Of a DNA stretch of 64,000 nucleotides, positions 36,271 through 49,408 are shown piece by piece. Source of the DNA: Iphione sp. A-MEVVRFRX5. Its lineage: Eukaryota. Both the position numbers and the translations under genes were made by a program. Below the pieces are notes generated by a model that saw only the letters and a program-made list of their open reading frames with translations, searched no databases and was not told where the DNA came from. Every line of letters starts with the position of its first letter. The stretch's first letter is position 1. The stretch lies in contig OZ320313.1 of assembly GCA_976226885.1 (NCBI GenBank), positions 68,262,001 through 68,326,000 of the forward strand, read 5' to 3'.

Positions 36271-39200
36271 AATCCCTAAACTTATCCCTTTTCGAATATT
36301 GTTCATAAAGTTGATCGAAGGATTACGTCCTTCAAAAGCAGGGTGAAGAGATTGATGCGGTATACAATGTTGGCATAGGGCGCTAGCCTTGTCTATACGA
36401 GCATGAGACACGAAGGACATTAAATCAACAAAAGCGTTCTTGGAAAAAGATAAGAAAATAAAGTGAGGCGATGAAAGGTATCAGATCCTTGAGGCGTACC
36501 TAATTCTTTAGTTCAAGGCTAATCAGCCATGTACAATTGGTATCATTTGTGAATCCCTGCCTGGATGTAACAAAGAAGTGTGTTATTTACCAGCAGAATC
36601 CTTTTAGTAAAAACGTTGAAGTTGGCCAATAGGCCTGTCTAGTGGAACTAGTGTACCAAAGCATCCAAGTGCTTAACGAGGGCCCCAAGCGCTGGGGCTA
36701 ATGAGGCGAGCAGGTAATTGGAGCAACATGGATGAGCAATGGAGGTCATGGGAGCTGCTCGCAATCAGTAGTTATGATCTAGCAGCGAATTGCCCAAGCT
36801 TGAAGCGCCTTGCGGCCACGTTAGAAGCACTAGAGCAAGAACGTGAGAGTTATTCGAGAACAGGCCATCAGGGTGCCAACCTTTCATCAGCTCTAGTCGC
36901 CTTGTCCAGCATTATTCAGACTAATCCTTAGACGGTAACCACTTCATGTCTGTTTTGGTGTTTATGATTGGCATTTCTTTCTTTCTCAATTTTCAAAGGA
37001 ATTTTTCTTTTAGAAAAATATTTTGAATTTGACTTTCGTTGAAAGTTCCTAGCGATTTTCAGCATATATTAAGGTTTTTCTGTATTAGTGAAATTGTCCC
37101 AATGCGATGTGTGCTCTTCAGAAGAGTATAACGTGGCGGACTCAGATCCCCCACTTATAAAAAACGGACGAAATCCCTCTGGCAGTCGATCTATATGAGA
37201 TCATGAAACAGCTGGAATATCCCAACTCCTTCAGTACCTATTTATAAACCGCGTTTAGAGTGACAGAATAATTTCGATCTGCTCTTTTTCGTCTCTGTTA
37301 TGTCTATTTGATGTATCTCATACGGTGCTCTGTGAATCGTCATTGTTTGTAGATCTGTGTATACGAGGCATGGGAAAATCTCCACCAATTGCAAGCACCT
37401 CCTCAGCCTTCAGCAAAACCTCGATCTGCTCCTGGCGTGTATCCACTTAGATGAGTAACACTAACAAAAGGTTTTATCATGGAGGGCCTTCCTCTGCAAG
37501 AAACGGACAAGGTCAGATGTGCAAGGAAACCTGTTTACCTGAGAGGGCATGTTTTACTCTCCAACTGATGTTTGATGTCCGTGAGGAAACTGTCGTGTCA
37601 TTCCAATATGCCATGACAAAGGTTTCTTAGTTTGGTGGATATAGGCTCTATCGGCGGTTGCTGAAGATGACAAGTGAGATGTACAGAGAATTGTGATATA
37701 AAATCCTATTAGTTTGGTCCGACAACGATAATCGATTGCTTGAATCAATATTTATACGGGTTAGCGTAAACGAAGTTTTGATGCTTATCCAGGAAATTTA
37801 CAACCCCGTGAGGTCAGGGAAATATTTTTTTATGAGAATGTCTTTTTTCCTTTGGGAAAACACTTTGTGTATGAAAGTGCCCTCAAATGGCACTACAAAA
37901 CATCACTCACTATTGTGTGAGAACATTTACTTCTCTAAGGGGGAAAATGTGAATGGATTGCCTGAAGCTCAGACTGCGGTCAGAACTATTTGCTTTGATA
38001 AAAGTCACGTATTTTATACAAAAAAGCGTTAAACAACCTTTAAACAGAACGTAATATCAGAAAGTAATGTATGCTTTTCTGCAGACGGCGTAGAATACAT
38101 CGAGCTTAACGAGACAGAAACGTACAATCAACCTCTCGCACAATATGCAAATATCTTAGGTAACAATTCCTACCGGGTCGTAATGCAGTAGAGATTACAC
38201 TCTTCGTCTTGGAATACGTGTACTATTGAAACAATGATTAAACAATCGTAACATTGGAAATGCTTCATGAAGTGAAAAAAATACTCTACCAGTGAAGCCG
38301 ACGAGGCGAGGCGCTCCGTCCTCTACAGCCGCACTTATGAATAAAAACAAAACAAGCAGACCCATTAGCAGAACACCAACAAAAACCGCAATGTTGTGCA
38401 GCTTTTGTTACTTCAGAAAGCTCCAATCAACCCCATTTTGGGGTTATTTAACTCTTGGAGGATTAGGAACAAGTGGAACCCAATGGAATAATCAAGTAAA
38501 ACCGTTTTGTCAGCAAAAGAGATTTGTATTAACTTCTAACGACAATCGAGAAAATAACTCGGGTAGTTACTCCAAATTGTCCCCATTGTTCGACCTACCT
38601 CGTACAATGTGGCTTAAAATGTAAACGAACACGATCGGAAACGTCGCTGTCGAAACACTGCAATGGATGGTAAAAAGGGAGTATCTTAAGTTGGGTATAA
38701 AGTAGCGCCGATCGGACGACATATCTAATTATACGGGGGTGCAGGTTAGTAAATTTCTGGTGCTTAGATGATCAACCCGGTGGTCATAAATTTGCAAAAT
38801 CCTAACACAGCGTCCATCTATATCCCGACCGGATATTGCCTGGCGATATAACAGTGACACGCGGCTGATGGATTGAAAAATAAACCTATGGAGGAATCAG
38901 TGTTCACTTGACAAGTAATGATCTTATCCAAAGTACAGCTTGGATATTCTTTGTAAAAGGCCACTTCCTTCGACAATGTGTCAAAGACACTCAGATAACA
39001 TGAAGCAGATGACCGATTGCTATCATCATTGGCTTTGAAGCGCTTCGCTGATCTTCTTGAAGAAGAAGTTGACAATGCGTTAATTTGGGCGACACTAAGG
39101 CTGATCAAAGTGTAAATCCACTAGAGTCTGTGCAGAAAAGAAAAACAGCTCTGCCTTCACTCCTTCCCACCACGACCCTGGCTAGTACTACTCTCAACGG

Positions 39201-42200
39201 GTTCCGCATCTCACCCAGACAGCTTCTCCTTTGGGAGAATCATTTAATTCATTCACAAGTGGACTTTGAAGGTCGGCGGCCACCAGCGCCGCTAGCGATC
39301 TCGGGTCCAAACGATCGTCCATCCTGGAATGGGATCCTTTTGTGAGCGACGAGGCCTCTTACTCAACAAGGCCCTTGAGGGGGCATTGGACGAGGCATGT
39401 CCAGTGACCTGCTCTGCGGCTTCTATTTCAGGCCGCTCGCAGTAGCTCATCGAATATCGGTCACACTCAAGTCATTTCCTACGCCACACAGCTCCCCCTG
39501 GTGCGCACACACGGCACCGCCACATCCGCCACTGATCACTGATTCCCGGTCTGTATAGTACAAATAGTCCACAAAAAGTCGATCCTATCCGATCCTACTG
39601 TGAGAGTCGGAGAGCACACAAAGGCTCCTCTAGTGGCCTCCTGGGTGTCGGTGTAGACCTGACGCCGAGGTATTTCTTCACCAGAGATCGATTTACAAAC
39701 TGCCAAACTGCTTAGCGTTGTAACGTATGGAACACAGTAAATGTAAGCGATATAAATGTCGTATTTCATTATATTTTAGGTTGAATTAGTTCCATGCATG
39801 TATCCTTGCTTCCTCCATCTATCTGGAGATAATAGACACAGATAATATATATTACTGCTGCTACTCTGTGGAAGATAATACCTGTGAGAGGAGAATATGT
39901 TAAACCTTTTCGTGGCCAACTATTCCTATTAAAACGGTGCTTTCCATCAACTCGTACCTTCCGCTGCGTTGATTCCCTCTGTTTACTATAAACAGCGGCG
40001 TACACATCCTACAGTATTTTACCTGGCATGATCCTGAATCTATTATTGAACCTGTGTTAACAGTAGAGGGCATGTGCGTTTATTACCATAATAACCTTGT
40101 AAGCGTGCCTATGCCACCTTGATCATTTTCTAGCTTGTTTCATCTGTGTCCTTGTATAGCAACGCTAAGCACATAGCAATCCATATGGGTCACGTTTATT
40201 TAACCTTGACCATTCGTTTCGAGTGCTACTGGTAGGTAGAGACTACATTCGCTGCCCCCCCCCCCCCGATATTTGTATAACATTAGGCTTATGACGAGAA
40301 AATATTTTCCTGTACTCAACCTAACAAATCAATGAAATTGCTAAGTTTTACCAGCTCCCACTGTTAGACAAGGAAGGTCTCGGTTGCAGCGTCACTATGC
40401 CTCGTCAGGTAATAGGCTGTCAGAGCAAGAAAGTCATGATTACAAGCGTAGTGGAAAATTGAGGCTCGCTGTGCTACCGTGGACTAGCGCATCAGAGAAG
40501 AAGACGCAGGTATCACTGACATTTCGACGCTGGTTAGCCATAGCTGGCCGACCACAGTTTGATTGTGAGGGACATGAATCAGGCTGGCTCAGCCGTAAGA
40601 TGGCAACAGTGTGGTCTCCTCCATAATAGCGGCGATTGTCACCGCCTGCCCAGGAGTAGCCATCCACAGGCAATCCCATTGGCAAACATACGAGCAATTC
40701 AATCTCATTAAGTGCACTATGAGGATCAATTATCTTTTGAGACACAACATCGGCCTACTTGATGTGCTTGCTTTTTTTCAAGTGTACGTGATTAACTCTA
40801 ATAATGCCTCGAATGTTGTGGAGACGGTTATTTCCATTGCTATGTAGATTTAGCGCTTTCATGTTGAGTGACCTTAAAGACAACCAGCTCAATGAGCGAG
40901 TTGGTTTCTGGACTGTTTAGACTGACTAGACCCGCTCCAGTCTATAAAAGCCCAGCCAACTGCAAGAACAATTTCTTCTCGTGAACGGATATTGTTAAAA
41001 GTATATATCTTTGTATCGATCACAAACTATATTAATGAGAACTGGATGGGATATTCAGTTTGAAAACATAACCCTGTGTTGGCATAGCTCTCAAATAAAA
41101 AGGATTCAATTCATGTTGTAATTGTCCTGAGAAATATCGTGTTCCCAGGAGTGTCTCTGCAACTGGCCATTAGTGTTACATTTTCTGCACTTTTTCCATA
41201 CGTATGAGACCTGTCAGGAAATCACCAATATACATACACATAGATCGTCTGCCGCCACCTGATGGGTAATTGCCCAACGAGGAGAATGTTGGTTCTAGGT
41301 AAATGTCATTAGCTGGATCCCGCCTCCTCCAGTGGCCAAAGACCAAAGGCTCCAGTTGCTTGCCTATATGTTCTATATACAGTCCTGCCAGTCAGCATCG
41401 GGGAGAAGGGCACATTAACCTAGGAGGTATAAACCACATGGAAACTGGTGCTGACCCCATCTCTACGACAACCACCACCGGGCAACGTGAATACCACCCT
41501 TCTCTGGTGCTGTTCGCTTCCTGGTGTTCGCGGCTACGCTGCGCCTTTATAGATTGTTCCGGGAACGCGCGCTTGTCCCTGGTGTCCAGCTGTGCGGCCA
41601 GGCTCCCCTCAGGACCATCGACCGGTCAGCAGCCGTGGATGGAGGCAGGCTGCCTGCCGACGGGCGAGTAGGATGAGGAGGGGGTGGCGGGGGAAGGGGG
41701 GGGGGCAGAATAAGGCGAGCGGTTATGCCGGACGGTACAACCAGTGCCCACCGCCCTACGGGATAACCACGCCTTGGCCTCGTCCAAGCGGCTGCCAGAC
41801 AGACGAGGAGATAGACCAGCTCAGGGAGTGGGGGAGCAAACACACCAACGGCTGAATGCCTCATCAGCTCTCTGCCGATCAATTGTGCTAAAACCAGAAA
41901 AATGGTCTCCGTTGTCGTCTGATCATAAAAGAAAGGCCTTTACTTGTTGGAAAACTACATCGGCTGTCCGAAGCGCTATGCCATACGTATTTTGTTAACA
42001 CTACATAGGGCATACAGAGAAACCCGCCACAGAGGTGATATCATTTGTTTGATCCTGATGAGGCTTATGATATGTTTGTGCAACTGTTATGTCAGACACT
42101 GAGTTGATTATTACGCCTAAATCGTCTCTGATAGTTCATGTTGCCCTCTGCACACAGTAGTGCCAGCATTAGTCAATAACTAGCGACAGGGAAATGCCTC

Positions 42201-44939
42201 AGATGTAAAAAGATACCTTTAAGAAAATGAAGTGCTGAATCGTGTTCGGTACAGAGGCACAGGACATGGGATCAATCTGCTCGCGGAGGGACCTGATGAC
42301 CTATAAGAGGTACAAGTACCAAAGCGAGAAAATAGATACCTAATGGGAGGCTGACATGGAAGTAAAATGCCTCGAGCTGAATAAGAATTGGAAGCAAGGA
42401 AGCTTATCTGTATACAAAGCTGATGAAGAAACGCACCCTTCGAGGCAGGGCTTTGTTGTGCTGTTTATCGGCGCACTGTTAAAGCCTGTTTGATCCTGTC
42501 TCAACTAAGGCGGTCAGAGCGGCGATTCACTTTAACAAATGGGAGGGGACACCAAGGAGCTGGCCTCCTTCCCGTCGTAAAACTAGAGGCTGCATGCTGC
42601 CGGGGTCGGCCGTCACGGGGCCTAGTGGACCCGTCAGTCCTCGGGCGTACACCTTTCGGCGGCCTAGCCTTTTACACTCAGCGAACGCGGCGGCGAGAAT
42701 CAATTCTCATTACAAGTACCAATGATGGCCTGGTATGGATGGGCAATTTATACGGCAGGAACCGGCGCCAGATCCATTCATAGGTTGTGATTGACTGCAA
42801 CTGTAAGCAGATGTCAGCCTATTAGTCCTTCGTGTATGGAAAGGGTGTGATGTATTTGCATGTGGGGCTGTGAAGGCATTCTCTGTCGCCAGCACAGCAT
42901 GACACGGATGAAAGCATCTCCTTAGTATTTTAATGGCGAAACAGAGCCAAATATTTCTAGATGGTAATGTATTTATAAGTGGTATTGATATTTTTTCCTA
43001 ACATAGAAAACCCTCTCATCAAAGAAAGGCAAACACTCGGAAGGTTCATACTCCTTGTGAAGAGGTACAGTCCTTCAGCCCTTGGAAAGGCTTCATTGAA
43101 GTTTCTATCTAGAGGGGACCCTCATTGACATGGACATATGGCTGGTGAGATAAGAGCTATTATTGTGCCATTTGGAAAGGCACGGATTCGCGAGCAAGGC
43201 GCTGAAAAAGAGCTTTCTTTAATGTTTCTAAAGTGAACGTCTGTAGTACCACATAGAAAGAACCAACCCAATATTTGCATACACAATTTTAATTTACACA
43301 TATAAATAGGATATAGAAATTGTTTGCTTCAAATGTGTTCATGGGGACCCCTATTATGGTGCCCCTGATGGTCAGTTGTCATGTCAGCCATGTTCCTGTT
43401 TGCCCTGCATATGGATCATTAGAAATGATACACAGACAATATTAATTACTTCCCAAAACAAAAGATTTCTCACCAAATGATTTATTGAGAAAAGTTTACC
43501 AAGTTGGACTGGGATCAATCAAAATGAATACAAGGCTACGAAGAAGGTGCTGACTCCATGAAATAATACTTCAAAATTAAACTCCGATACAGTGATGTTC
43601 CCATAAACATATGTATAAAATCAGCTGTTGTTTATTAAGGTGCTACAATGCTTTAATGTACAAGAATGCAATGGAAGAGGTCCACATTATGCACTTTCAA
43701 ATAAATAAATACACTCAAAACCAGTATTTGAAGCATTGACCAACAATGCTAATAAACATAATAATAAACATAATAAACAATGCTAAACAAGGATAGTGCT
43801 GGCATTATAACGGTTACAAAGTTAAATATTAAACATGACTATATGTGTTTTATTTACTTTTGCTTCAAGGAGATAATGGGATATGGTTTATTTCGGGTTT
43901 ACCTGTGATTGATCTATGCAAATCGTTTCTTGCAGAATCGAGTAAGATCCCAGGTGCTTTTGCAATATGCAACACAGTTCCTTAATCGTCCTGTGAGACT
44001 TTTCCATTTCAATGAACAACAAACACGGTGTTTTCTTTATTGTTTACGTGAAACCTTTCAAACGAAGTGTCTCTTTCTTTAAATGTCGGAAATGAAATTT
44101 GAAAATCCTGAAGTAGATGAAAACTTCGATATTGAACAAAGGATATTGACTGTGCGATATTTGATATACATATACATTGTATATGAAATGTGCCAATTTA
44201 GTGTCTTCCATCATAGTAAATAATTTCAATAGGAGATATCTGGTCCATTTTAGCAGTGAATAAATTATCCGCAATGTTGTCCCTGATTGAAATTGTACCC
44301 CTTGTTCATAGATCACTTTGTGGCTAAGACTTGGGCCTCGGTCAAATTACCCTTTCCCTATACTACTCACGCGTGGAACGATCCCATTGGAGTATTAACG
44401 AGTACTTGTATACCTGCGAATGCATCTTGTCCATATTGCATTACTCCGTCACAATCACTATGTACATACAAGAAAACTAGTGCTCTCAGGAATTGTATCC
44501 TAGTACAGAATATATAGACAGATTTGATTTGAAGTTACTGCTCGCGACTATATTCTCTCAAGTTAGTGCTTGGTCATTTCCCGAGAGACTTCACCAGGGG
44601 GGACGCGCGGAACACAGTAAATGAATCAGATCACTCGAGCAAATAGAAGGTACATCTAAACTGCAATATTAGCGCCATCAATAAAACCGCTAGTAATATT
44701 TTACGATCGCTTCAATAAACCGACCGAGCAAGTGAGGAGGCCAACTTGGCCGACTGACTTTTGATTTTATTTGAAATAGGTTATACTACCACAACATATA
44801 CAATTCATATACATCGCTGATCGCCTCATCTGCGTATGCGCAGAAAGGGGGGGACTAACTCAATGCCTAAACCGTGACTCTACGTCAAGATTTGATGCAT
44901 GCTACGTTCATGATGACATTCCATACTCTCTTCTTTTAG

Positions 44940-45145
44940 GCGCCGTTCAGATGTATCCGTAGAACAAATCCATCCATGGGTCCGTTTCCGTAGAAAATAT
45001 CCTGCTGATCCATTTTTGTATAGACACCAGATGTATATTCACCATTGTATTCTATTGAAAATGGATCCGTATCCATACAAAATCCGTCGGTGACGGATTC
45101 AGAAAATGCCTATGGATCCGTTTGGAACGGATGCATGTGGACCCT
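44940..45145. repeat. About 200-bp element with imperfect inverted ends and repeated GGATCCG/ATCCGT motifs (possible MITE)
   Basis: GTTCAGATGTATCCGT versus reverse complement GTCCACATGCATCCGT (13/16 match); single copy in the window. Confidence 0.4.
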
Positions 45146-47423
45146 TTAGTTATATTGCTACAGGCTGGATAACAAACATCTACGTGCCCATATCCGTGAT
45201 CACAAAATACGAATATATGTGACCCCGCATTAAGCTTGATTGTCTACTCCCGCTGGAAATAATTCGATAAATATTATGATTCTATTTTTGCTTCCCAGTA
45301 GTTAAAAACAATAGCTCTGGAGGGACAAATACAAAATGCAGATCCATATCCCTAATTTGTAGCTATAAATGTTGCACGGTAGAACAGCTGCGGCAAGTCG
45401 GATCAAGCTTTGGCCTGACAGCCGAGGCTCTTGTCATTTTATTTATTAAGAAGGATTATTTCAATTTTTAGGGCATTTAGATTCGCAACAGTTGGTAGTA
45501 GTAGTACATATCTCAATTAATTGGGATCAGCCCTTGGGCAATTGGTAGACAATAATCTAACCGCTACTGGTTCAAACATGTAATGCCAATGTTATTAACG
45601 TTACCGAACAGCTTAGGCGACATGAAGTCCTGGTGATATTCGCAGTTCAAAATTGAAACCTACAACGATTGTAGGAATGAGCAATTTCACTGAGCTGGGA
45701 AGTAAACGGTAGAAATCTGAAGGAGTTGAATGTAGGGAAACTTTAATTCTTCGTTATATATTCACAACTAATTGGTCAGCTACAGAATATGCTGGTATGC
45801 TACTGTGTACAATCATACACCATCGCCACTAATGTGTGAACATTACATCGAGTTTTTTTACCCCCAGCAGGTGCGATAACTCCATTGACTATGTGCTAAC
45901 ATTATCGTCTATAAAATCATTTCTTTTAAAGACAGAAGAGTTCATGACAATGTCCAATCATGGACGCTGCATACATGGGAATATGATTGATGCATCCTCA
46001 GATGTATATATTCATACACAGGGATACCGGGTTTAGGTCACATGCAAAATCACGTGTATAATCAGTGGAAAATTAAGGAATGTTTTCAGTATATCAATAC
46101 TAAAACAACCACACATACCATTGAAGGCCTACTTCATGATGCACATCACAAACTGAATATCACTTGTACAGTAGTCTTGTACATATTTACATAATTCTAT
46201 ATAACGTATAATTATCAATAAATTAAAGTTGCATGAACGCATTCGGAGTAAAGCATGGAGAGAAAATATTGGTCGATTCGTTATGTACCTCCACATGAGG
46301 AAATTGTATGTAGTATGTCAAGGCTATAAATGTATTAGATCAGAAGTAGAGTGGAGTATGACAATCCTGAATACTTGGCCCCTTTCTTTCTGTCCCTTTC
46401 ATCAGACATTTTGCAAAAGTATCATCCATGAACTCCTATTATTTTTGATCTGCAAAAATCTACATAGGATTATCACTCACTGTCAAAGCAAGCAGTATGC
46501 TGCTACATCTCACTTTATGTGTACACATTACACCAGCATCTGCTCTGATTGTGGAGGGCGAGCATAAAAACGCGTAATAAAAAGTGGTATCAGATTTAGT
46601 CAAATTAAGGCAACTTGCGACGAAACTATCTAGACATTCAATATGATTTGTATGGAAAATTGCAGAGCAAATACAACAGATGCCAATTCAGTTGAGTTTT
46701 AAATCACGAATATTACCTCTAGTATTAGTCTCAAGCGGTGGCACACTGAGACCCACGAGGTGAATGAGTATTCAAGGGGCACTGCTGCTGCCCACATTTA
46801 TCCTCATGACTGTTTTGCACAAGTTGTCCCATCGGGTAAAACGACTCACATGAAAAAGATACCTTCAACAGTCCTTGCCTTGGTATACAACACTATTAGC
46901 AGATACCACTTAACGATTATGTGAACATGACTTAAAATATGCACCGTATGGAGTACTGTAGGATTCGATTGTTTGGCATTAATAGGTCATCATAAATACG
47001 TGACATGAGTTGAAACAAGGAGAGGTTTGGGCAGAATATTTGGTTGTTAGCATTGCGTTCTACTGTATTCTAGATTTGATGTCTGTAACCGTTGCATCAG
47101 TAAACACACTGATTAATAAAGTAACAGACAATGCGTGTTAATCAAGAATCATGAAGCATTTCTGACCAAAGCCTGGTAAAAATTCCAATTTCGCAGAGAC
47201 TATGGACAACACGACACTGGATAATTCTAAGGATACTACAGATATACACTGGCGGCATGACGCTGAGTTCCTTTTGGTGAAACTAAAATACTTCGTTGAT
47301 GTTGCACCTGCTCACAAACGTTTTAATACACGCATAATACAGCACGTCCTTGCTGACTGTAGCCAGGCAATGCTTCTGTTTCACTTTCTTACCAAATGAA
47401 GCAGGTTCAACGGTGCTGCAAAG

Positions 47424-47445
47424 TATGTATGTATGTATGTATATA
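47424..47445. repeat. (TATG)n microsatellite
   Basis: Direct reading: gtatgtatgtatgtatgtatat. Confidence 0.75.
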
Positions 47446-48380
47446 TCTCAGGTATACTTATGTTACATATTTGGAAACCATTCGCTTTGTCAGTTAAATG
47501 TTTAGGCCATCTTAGTTAACTGCTTAGGCCATCTCCATCACAAGAAAAGGACAACATCGAAAGTTCGAAGGTGTTGTTAGGATTTGTCCTACACAATCAA
47601 GCCAGGACGTCTTGGTCCGAATCCCTTCACAAAATCGCTGCACGCCTGGGACATGATGTCGAGTCCAACTGGCTCGATCTGGTTTTCCTTTCAACCATTG
47701 TCAGTGGGAATGGCTTCGTCGATTTCCCGACCTTCATCCCTTCTCCTAATTGTCTCTGAAGGGACAGAGACGTTACTTCGGTCTGTTATTGGTGTGAAAA
47801 TCAATAGGTCGTTGTGCTTTCGTTCTCTTTTGATTATTCGTTCCCTTTTTTCTGTTTCTAGAGAATTGCCTGTAGCACGCGTATTGTTGAAGGGAGGGAG
47901 GCTGTAAGACATTTTGTTTCCAGCCAACTGTATTCTCTCGTGTATTCGATAAGACCACTCCACCCTTTCCTGTCAGAACGTATTTAGCACAGCCTTAGCT
48001 GAAGGAAGTTTCTCCAGCAAAAGTCTGACTTTTGTGATTCCACCGGAATTAATCATTTTTAAGGCGATCCTGGTGCTGAATGCAGTTTTTATATAAGATA
48101 TATGCCTAAACAGGACTAAATTTCATACCGTGAGGATTAGACAATGTGCTTAGTCGTACCATTGAGTAGGGATCGGCATTCACGCGGGTAGCCGTACCGT
48201 TGATTCGAGGGGTAAAAATAGGCCGAAACATCTACAAAAAATACATGATTGACATGGCTATAAAAGCAGAGCCGCAGAGGAGTATATCAAGCTACCACCG
48301 ATTTTGTTCAGTGCAATCAGCTGCTGACCATTCATCACAGAAATGTGGGCAGAAAAACATCCTATACTGAACTTGTATAA

Positions 48381-48699
48381 GGCCAAAAAATAGCTGTGTT
48401 TCTGGTAACCCACCCCTACCTAGTAAAACCTCACCCTACCCAAAGATGCTTTTAACCCAAAGAGTTTTCAAGGCTGAATTTTCTTAAATACATGTGTTCA
48501 CAGCACATTTTTTGTAAATTCAAGAGAAAAACAATAAATCCATGGAAATTCAGTAAAAAACTGCAACTTGGTCAAAATTCTTCATATTATCTTTATTATT
48601 ATTGAAAACCAGAGGAAGAAAGTAGAGAGAATTTTTTTTAAAAACCTACCTAAGTTTTTGGGTGGTCGTTACCAGAAAGACACCTAATTTTGGGGGGCC
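48381..48699. mobile_element. PIF/Harbinger-type MITE, family B copy 1 (319 bp)
   Basis: TAA|GGCCAAAAAATAGCTGTGTTTCTGGTAACC ... GTTACCAGAAAGACACCTAATTTTGGGGGGCC|TAA; perfect TAA target duplication. Confidence 0.9.
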
Positions 48700-49086
48700 T
48701 AACCAACGTTTGTATTAGTTTATTTGTTTCTGGTAATTCCAGGTTCATTCAACCTATTCATACAATGTACATGGATATTTCATAGATAAAACCTATTATG
48801 TATAATTATGCTTACTATAATGTTTTAATAATTCTGATAAAGAAGGCATCACGATTAATAATATGTTTGGATAAAAAAGAATTTAGATTAACTGGAAACA
48901 AACTGTTGATCACAGATATGAATTTAACGAGTCGGAGGCCATACACCGTATCTTAACCTTCAACGATGTCCTTTCTCAAATCTATACAGGAAATACTAAA
49001 CATATATATGGGAAGAATAATTCTGCATCTGTACATCATACATGTAGTTTCATTACAAGGTCTGAAATGAGCAACTGAGGATTTTA

Positions 49087-49408
49087 GGCCCAAAAAGTAG
49101 GTGTTTCTGGTTACCCACTCCTACCTAAAAGTTATTGGCTCCAAAGAGTCTCCAAGGCTGAATTTCTTTAGATACGTGTTTTCACAGAACATCTTTTTTT
49201 GTACATTCAGCAGAAAAACAACAAAATCCATGAAAATTCAGCAAAAAATGTCAAACTTGTGTAAATTGGTCAAAATTCTTTATATTGTCTTTATTATTAT
49301 TATTGAAAACCAGAAGAAAGTGGAAACCATTTTTAAAGAGATACCTCCCCTCCCTACCAAGGCTTTTGGCTAGTTGTAACCAGAAACACGCCTATTTGGG
49401 GGGGGGCC
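49087..49408. mobile_element. PIF/Harbinger-type MITE, family B copy 2 (322 bp)
   Basis: TTA|GGCCCAAAAAGTAGGTGTTTCTGGTTACC ... GTAACCAGAAACACGCCTATTTGGGGGGGGGCC|TTA; colinear with 48381-48699. Confidence 0.9.

Noticed and set aside
40450-40950. Possible further LINE RT relics (also 10126-10389, 34750-35050, 47230-48100)
   Set aside because: The resemblance is too decayed to support by eye; it needs a profile search.
41846-41867. Second hammerhead-like motif on the minus strand (CTGATGA-GGC-ATTCA-GCC)
   Set aside because: Followed by GTTG rather than the required GAAA. Other CTGATGA hits (near 42056, 42294, 42421, 60572, 61187) also lack stem II plus GAAA.
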